This document shows positions 59,771-64,000 of a DNA stretch of 64,000 nt, in pieces; the first letter of the stretch is position 1; every line of letters begins with the position of its first letter. Origin of the DNA: an uncultured Candidatus Saccharibacteria bacterium (lineage in GTDB: Bacteria; Patescibacteriota; Saccharimonadia; Saccharimonadales; JAGQNJ01). The stretch is from assembly GCA_964590205.1 (NCBI GenBank), contig CAZPVO010000001.1:111873-175872 (forward strand). The letters run 5' to 3'. Position numbers and translations under genes: made by a program. The notes below the pieces were generated by a model. It had not been told where the DNA came from, ran no database searches, and saw only the letters and a program-made list of their open reading frames with translations.

Positions 59771-60838
59771 ATGGATTCGACGGGGGTTATTATTTTAGCG
59801 GCAATCATTATTGGCTTCGGCGTAGCTCTTTTTGTCATGACTCAAAAAATGAAAGAGCTCAAGAATGATTCATCTGCCGGGCTGCTTAAACAAGACATGA
59901 CAAATCTGAGTGACGGGCTAGCAAAATTAAATGACAGCTTGAAAGATCACTTAACGACGAGACTCGACAAAAACCAGGAGCAAATGGCCAAGCAATATGA
60001 GTCTAGTACAAAGATTGTACGTGAGGTTACGGCTAGACTAATTGAACTCGAAAAAACTAATGCAAGGGTTGGTGATATAGCTACAGAACTAAAATCGCTA
60101 CAGAATGTGCTGCAAAACCCGAAGCAGCGTGGTGTGTTGGGTGAATTTTACCTGGAGCAGATTCTGCAGAATATGTTGCCGCCAGGTTCGTATAAATTGC
60201 AGCATCGTATTGGCGAAGGTTTGGTTGTTGACGCAGCCATTATGATCGATGACAAGGTTTTGCCAATTGACAGCAAGTTTAGTTTGGAAAATTACAACCG
60301 TTTGGTGGAGGCTAAGGGTGATCAGCGAAAAGCACTCGAAAAAGCGTTCAAGGAAGACTTAAAACGTCGTATCGATGAAACTGCTAAGTACATTCAGCCT
60401 AAAAAAGGTACGCTTGACCAAGCTTTAATGTTCATTCCAAGTGAGGCAATTTATTATGACTTGCTGGCCAACAAAGTTGGCGAGACTGGTGTCTCTGGTA
60501 GAGATTTAATGCAGTATGCCGCCGTGGATAAGCATGTGTCTATCGTTGGCCCAAGCACGCTAGCAGCTATGCTTCAGGTTATCGGCCAAGGACTCAAAAG
60601 TTTTGAAATTCAAAAAGACACCGAAGTGATTCGCAAAAACATTGAACAGCTGCAAAAACATCTGCTGGCCTATGACGTGTACTACAAAAAAATCGGCAAT
60701 AGTTTGAGCGCAACCGTCGGGCACTACAACAGCGCGAGCAGAGAGCTTGGTAAAATCGACAAAGACATCGTTAAAATTGGCGGTGGGGAATCGCAACTCG
60801 AGACGATTCTCATTGATAAACCTTCAGCTGAGGACTAG
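59771..60838 (+). CDS. rmuC: DNA recombination protein RmuC
   Basis: N-terminal TM helix, coiled coil, and the 'RGVLGEFYLEQIL...FIPSEAIYYD' core. Confidence 0.85.
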   Translation: MDSTGVIILAAIIIGFGVALFVMTQKMKELKNDSSAGLLKQDMTNLSDGLAKLNDSLKDHLTTRLDKNQEQMAKQYESSTKIVREVTARLIELEKTNARVGDIATELKSLQNVLQNPKQRGVLGEFYLEQILQNMLPPGSYKLQHRIGEGLVVDAAIMIDDKVLPIDSKFSLENYNRLVEAKGDQRKALEKAFKEDLKRRIDETAKYIQPKKGTLDQALMFIPSEAIYYDLLANKVGETGVSGRDLMQYAAVDKHVSIVGPSTLAAMLQVIGQGLKSFEIQKDTEVIRKNIEQLQKHLLAYDVYYKKIGNSLSATVGHYNSASRELGKIDKDIVKIGGGESQLETILIDKPSAED

Positions 60839-60839
60839 C

Positions 60840-61244
60840 GTGGACATAATAGCCGAGGTCAAAAAACTCAAATTGCCAGCCGGACAATATGCGGTTGTTG
60901 GCAGCGGAATTTTAGATGTCAAAGGAATTCGTAAATCCAACGACATCGACCTGCTTATCACCCAGGAAATTTATGACCAGCTCAAAGCCAAAGGCTGGAA
61001 AGAGGAGCGCTATCCAAATACACCACGCGAATGGGTATTATTTGATGGGCCGTTTGATGTTAGTACAAGTTGGGGCGTCGGTGATTATATCCCAGACGTA
61101 TCTAAAATTATGAACACCGCCGAAGTTATTGACGGTGTCCCATTTGCCAGAATCGAGGAAGTTCTTAAGTGGAAACAAGCCGCGCGCCGGCCCAAAGATC
61201 TCAAAGACATTAACCTAATTGAGGCTTATTTAGCCAAGCTATAA
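60840..61244 (+). CDS. Pol-beta-superfamily nucleotidyltransferase-like protein
   Basis: 'VVGSGILDVKGIRKSNDIDLL' fits hG[GS]-x9-13-DhD. GTG 60840 with a GAGGA Shine-Dalgarno is preferred to 60747, which overlaps rmuC. Confidence 0.45.
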   Translation: MDIIAEVKKLKLPAGQYAVVGSGILDVKGIRKSNDIDLLITQEIYDQLKAKGWKEERYPNTPREWVLFDGPFDVSTSWGVGDYIPDVSKIMNTAEVIDGVPFARIEEVLKWKQAARRPKDLKDINLIEAYLAKL

Positions 61245-61248
61245 GTTT

Positions 61249-61257
61249 TGCTATACT
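61249..61257 (+). promoter_or_regulatory. extended -10 (TGcTATACT) 10 nt upstream of ATG 61268
   Basis: Read directly from the sequence. Confidence 0.4.
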
Positions 61258-61267
61258 AAGCGTAAGC

Positions 61268-62446
61268 ATGAAACATTCTAAAACAGAACGGGTGGTCATT
61301 GTTGGTGGTGGCTTTGGTGGCCTAAAAGCAGCTATGAAGTTAGCCAACAAACCAGGTTTTGAAGTGATTCTTATGAGCGAAGGCGCAAACTTTGAGTATC
61401 ACGGTGCTCTGTATCGTTCCGTAACTGGACACTCACCGCTTGAAGTCGCGATTCCTATTGACGATATTTTACATCGGGCCAAAAACGTAAAGTTTGTGCT
61501 TGATAAAGCCACCAAGATTGATCCGAAAAAGAATATTATCACTGGTGAAACCGGCAACACCTATAAATATGACAAAGCTGTTCTGGCAATGGGCAATGTC
61601 GTGAATTATCTTGACGTAAAAGGCATGGAGGATAACTCGTTTGCCATGTCAACGATTGCTCAAACCGTTATGCTTCGAAATCGCATGACTGAACTTTTCA
61701 AAAAGCCACCAAAGGATTTAACTATTGCGATTGTCGGTGCCGGTCCATCTGGCGTTGAGCTGGCTGGTGCGATTCCTGGCTTTGCTGAACTCGTTGCTAA
61801 AAAATATGGCAAAAAAATTGCCAAGCCAAGAGTAGTGTTAATCGAGGGGGCTGATCGTGTTCTGCCAATGTTTGATCCGGTCCTGTCTGGCCATACATAT
61901 AAGCGTTTGCAGCAACTTGGCGTGACACTTCGACTTAATACTAAAGTCAACGCTTGCGAAGAAGGCAAAGTTTGTGTGAGCGATGGTGACATCAAAGCTG
62001 ATTTGATTGTTTGGACAGCTGGTAATTGTGCAAGTGATTTTTATGTGAAACACCCAAAAGTCTTTAAACTCGCTCAAGGACACGTGTTGGTTGATAAATA
62101 CTTACGTATTCCGGGACACACAAATATTTATGTCATAGGGGATAATGCTTATACGCCATTTACGGGCATGGCCCAAACAGCGCTACATGATGCAAGATTT
62201 GTAGCACATAATTTGGTCCGTGAACATTATGGAACGAAAATGGAAGCTTACCGACCACTGCACCCAACCTATGTTGTGCCGGTGGGTGACAAATGGGCAG
62301 TGTTACAAAACCAACAGCATCAGTGGAGCGGACGCCAGGCGTGGGCTTTTCGTCGTCAAGCCGATCGCGCTATTCTGCGGAACTTTTTGCCACTCAAACA
62401 AGCGCTTAAGCGATGGCGCAAAGGCAACCAACTCACTGATTTCTAG
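61268..62446 (+). CDS. ndh: type II NADH dehydrogenase-like FAD/NAD(P) oxidoreductase
   Basis: Two dinucleotide-binding motifs, 'VVIVGGGFGG' and 'IAIVGAGPSGVE'. Confidence 0.75.
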   Translation: MKHSKTERVVIVGGGFGGLKAAMKLANKPGFEVILMSEGANFEYHGALYRSVTGHSPLEVAIPIDDILHRAKNVKFVLDKATKIDPKKNIITGETGNTYKYDKAVLAMGNVVNYLDVKGMEDNSFAMSTIAQTVMLRNRMTELFKKPPKDLTIAIVGAGPSGVELAGAIPGFAELVAKKYGKKIAKPRVVLIEGADRVLPMFDPVLSGHTYKRLQQLGVTLRLNTKVNACEEGKVCVSDGDIKADLIVWTAGNCASDFYVKHPKVFKLAQGHVLVDKYLRIPGHTNIYVIGDNAYTPFTGMAQTALHDARFVAHNLVREHYGTKMEAYRPLHPTYVVPVGDKWAVLQNQQHQWSGRQAWAFRRQADRAILRNFLPLKQALKRWRKGNQLTDF

Positions 62447-63777
62447 GATTGGTGCAGCAAATCGATGGTTAGCGCGGCGGTCCAGGAGAAGTTCTGCACG
62501 CCGGCGGGCTTGCCGTCGAGCGGTGAGAAATATTCATCCATATTACTTGGCTCAACAAGTTCAATTGTTTTTTTACGCAAGGCCTCGGCTTCCTCGTCAT
62601 AACCGTATTGCTTGAGACCGTCGATAATCAGCCAGTTCATGTTAATCCAGGTTGGACCCTGCCAGTAAACATTCGGCTTAAACCACTCGGAATTTACCGG
62701 TACCGATGGTACAGGGAACTTTGGCGAAAACAAATGCTGGTTTTTAAACAGTTTTACTAAATGCTCAGCGCGTTCGTCAGTAATGCTACCGGCGTAAAGC
62801 GGCATGAGTGTGGCTATAGAGCTAACTTTGATTAGTTTGTGGGTTGCAAAGTTGCGCGAATAATACTGGCCGGTGTAAGCATCCCACAACTGCTCGAGTG
62901 TGCTTTTAGTCTTTTTCATTGATTCCAGTAGTTCGGCTGGAACTTCACGATCAATGGCTTTGGCGATTTTCTTCAAATGAGAATTAGCTCGAATCAGGAT
63001 GCAGTTAAATGACAAATCTTCGATTGTAAGCATCGAATGGGTCAATATTTTATTAATGTCATAAGCTTTACGGCGTAAGCGCCGCTGAATACTATAAAGT
63101 GCCAGTCCATCGATTGTACTGAGCCGTTCGCCTGGCAGAGCGTATCGACGATCTTTGCGCAGGGCAGTAAGCAACGTATCAATTTTGAACTTACCGACGG
63201 CGCGAATCCAAAACGGTAATAGATGTTGATGCATTTCGTACATCCAAGGAGGCGTATTATCGAGGCCGGTTTCCCATGGGTGGATTTGTAATACCAAACC
63301 TTCATGGTGAGGGTCGCGCTCGTTGTATAGCCACTGGTGATAAGCAAGCAATGCCGGATAAACTTTCTGGTACCAACGTCGTCGATCATCAGAGTCAAGT
63401 TTTTCGCCCACCCGCACAATGGCTTCGGCCAACATTGGTGGCTGAGTAATGCCGCTGGTAGCCACATTATCGGGTGCATACAGCGAAAGCTGCGATCGCC
63501 ACATCTCGGCTGAGTGCTTACTCGTGCGACTACTGCTCAAAATCATATTCGGCAACATACCGTTACTCCACTGACCACGTAGTAAACTGACGATTTCGGC
63601 TTGGGCTCGCTCAACATTGTAGTGGCGCATGCCTATAGCAATAAAACAGCTGTCCCATAGCCATTGATGCGGATATAAGCCGTGAGCTGGCACGGTGTAA
63701 TCACCCCGGTCATTATCGGCCAATACGGCAATTGACTTGTCTACGAGATTCTTTTTATCTGTATTTGTATTGGACAT
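62443..63777 (-). CDS. (alpha/alpha)6-barrel glycoside hydrolase (GH63 / mannosylglycerate-hydrolase-like)
   Basis: 'GLYPHQWLWDSCFIAIG' and 'YWQGPTWINMNWLI'. ATG 63777 is preferred to 63828. Confidence 0.6.
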   Translation of the reverse strand: MSNTNTDKKNLVDKSIAVLADNDRGDYTVPAHGLYPHQWLWDSCFIAIGMRHYNVERAQAEIVSLLRGQWSNGMLPNMILSSSRTSKHSAEMWRSQLSLYAPDNVATSGITQPPMLAEAIVRVGEKLDSDDRRRWYQKVYPALLAYHQWLYNERDPHHEGLVLQIHPWETGLDNTPPWMYEMHQHLLPFWIRAVGKFKIDTLLTALRKDRRYALPGERLSTIDGLALYSIQRRLRRKAYDINKILTHSMLTIEDLSFNCILIRANSHLKKIAKAIDREVPAELLESMKKTKSTLEQLWDAYTGQYYSRNFATHKLIKVSSIATLMPLYAGSITDERAEHLVKLFKNQHLFSPKFPVPSVPVNSEWFKPNVYWQGPTWINMNWLIIDGLKQYGYDEEAEALRKKTIELVEPSNMDEYFSPLDGKPAGVQNFSWTAALTIDLLHQS

Positions 63778-63837
63778 TAGTTTTTTGCTTATGCTATGCA
63801 TTATACTGCAAGGATGGCATCTAAACATAGTGCGCTT

Positions 63838-64000
63838 ATGCGGATTATCATTTTTGGTAGTGGGATGCCCGGCTACTTGCTGGTGCTCTTTCCATGGCTG
63901 TACGTAGCAACTGTTGCTTTGCTAAAAATTGCTCAGTTTAGTTCGTCAGGTAACATTACTTTTTCTGAATTGGAGCTGCAGGCAAAATCAGTATATACAG
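63838..64000 (+). CDS. partial ORF (5' end of a membrane protein), truncated by the window edge
   Basis: ATG 63838, open to the end of the window. Hydrophobic 'MRIIIFGSGMPGYLLVLFPWLYVATVALL'. Confidence 0.3.
   Translation, partial: MRIIIFGSGMPGYLLVLFPWLYVATVALLKIAQFSSSGNITFSELELQAKSVYT

Noticed and set aside
60840-61244. The nucleotidyltransferase-like gene as half of a MNT/HEPN-type toxin-antitoxin pair.
   Set aside because: No HEPN-like or other small partner ORF is adjacent. Its neighbours are rmuC and ndh.
1-64000. Alternative genetic code with TGA read as an amino acid, as in some candidate-phyla lineages.
   Set aside because: TGA terminates several conserved genes at their expected C-termini (the Crp-family gene at 36292, mpg at 57076, the ABC permease at 19616, the hydrolase at 22735). 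Conserved genes such as ligA, leuS, ddl and rarA contain no internal TGA.

Overview
Gene-dense (~90% coding) chromosomal window from a small-genome bacterium. It holds about 70 protein genes, 9 tRNA genes (all with encoded CCA), and no rRNA, CRISPR array, transposase or integrase. The content is housekeeping genes (ligA, leuS, alaX, ddl, a murF-like ligase, rpmF, nusB, rnc, rpsP, khpA-like, trmD, rarA, rmuC, mpg, htpX/lemA) mixed with many small orphan membrane or secreted proteins. Biosynthetic operons are almost absent. By inference only, this fits a Patescibacteria/CPR organism, possibly Saccharibacteria-like. TGA is an ordinary stop codon here. Observations worth a second look: (1) leuS carries a ~145-residue in-frame insertion with a perfect Nudix box just after the CP1 editing domain. 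(2) A trp/ilv-style attenuator (20-codon Val-rich leader ORF plus mutually exclusive 1:2, 2:3 and 3:4 hairpins and a U-tract) lies upstream of an orphan gene at 1202. (3) About 30 start codons sit 5-10 nt (mostly 6-8) after a -10 or extended -10 hexamer, implying leaderless mRNAs, alongside a minority of strong Shine-Dalgarno genes. (4) tRNA-Gly and tRNA-Ala carry compensated changes of the G19:C56 elbow pair, and tRNA-Cys has a non-canonical T-loop. (5) A GT2-GtrA operon ends in an 873-aa polytopic membrane protein fused to a PIG-L/LmbE deacetylase. (6) A membrane-anchored MurF-like ligase is linked to ddl and a class IV aminotransferase. (7) A leaderless Crp/Fnr gene has a CRP-type palindrome on its own start codon, next to an orphan prephenate-dehydratase-like gene. 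(8) An 18-nt duplicate of the tRNA-Gln 3' end lies 148 bp away. All functional calls come from motifs read by eye. No database search or folding program was run.
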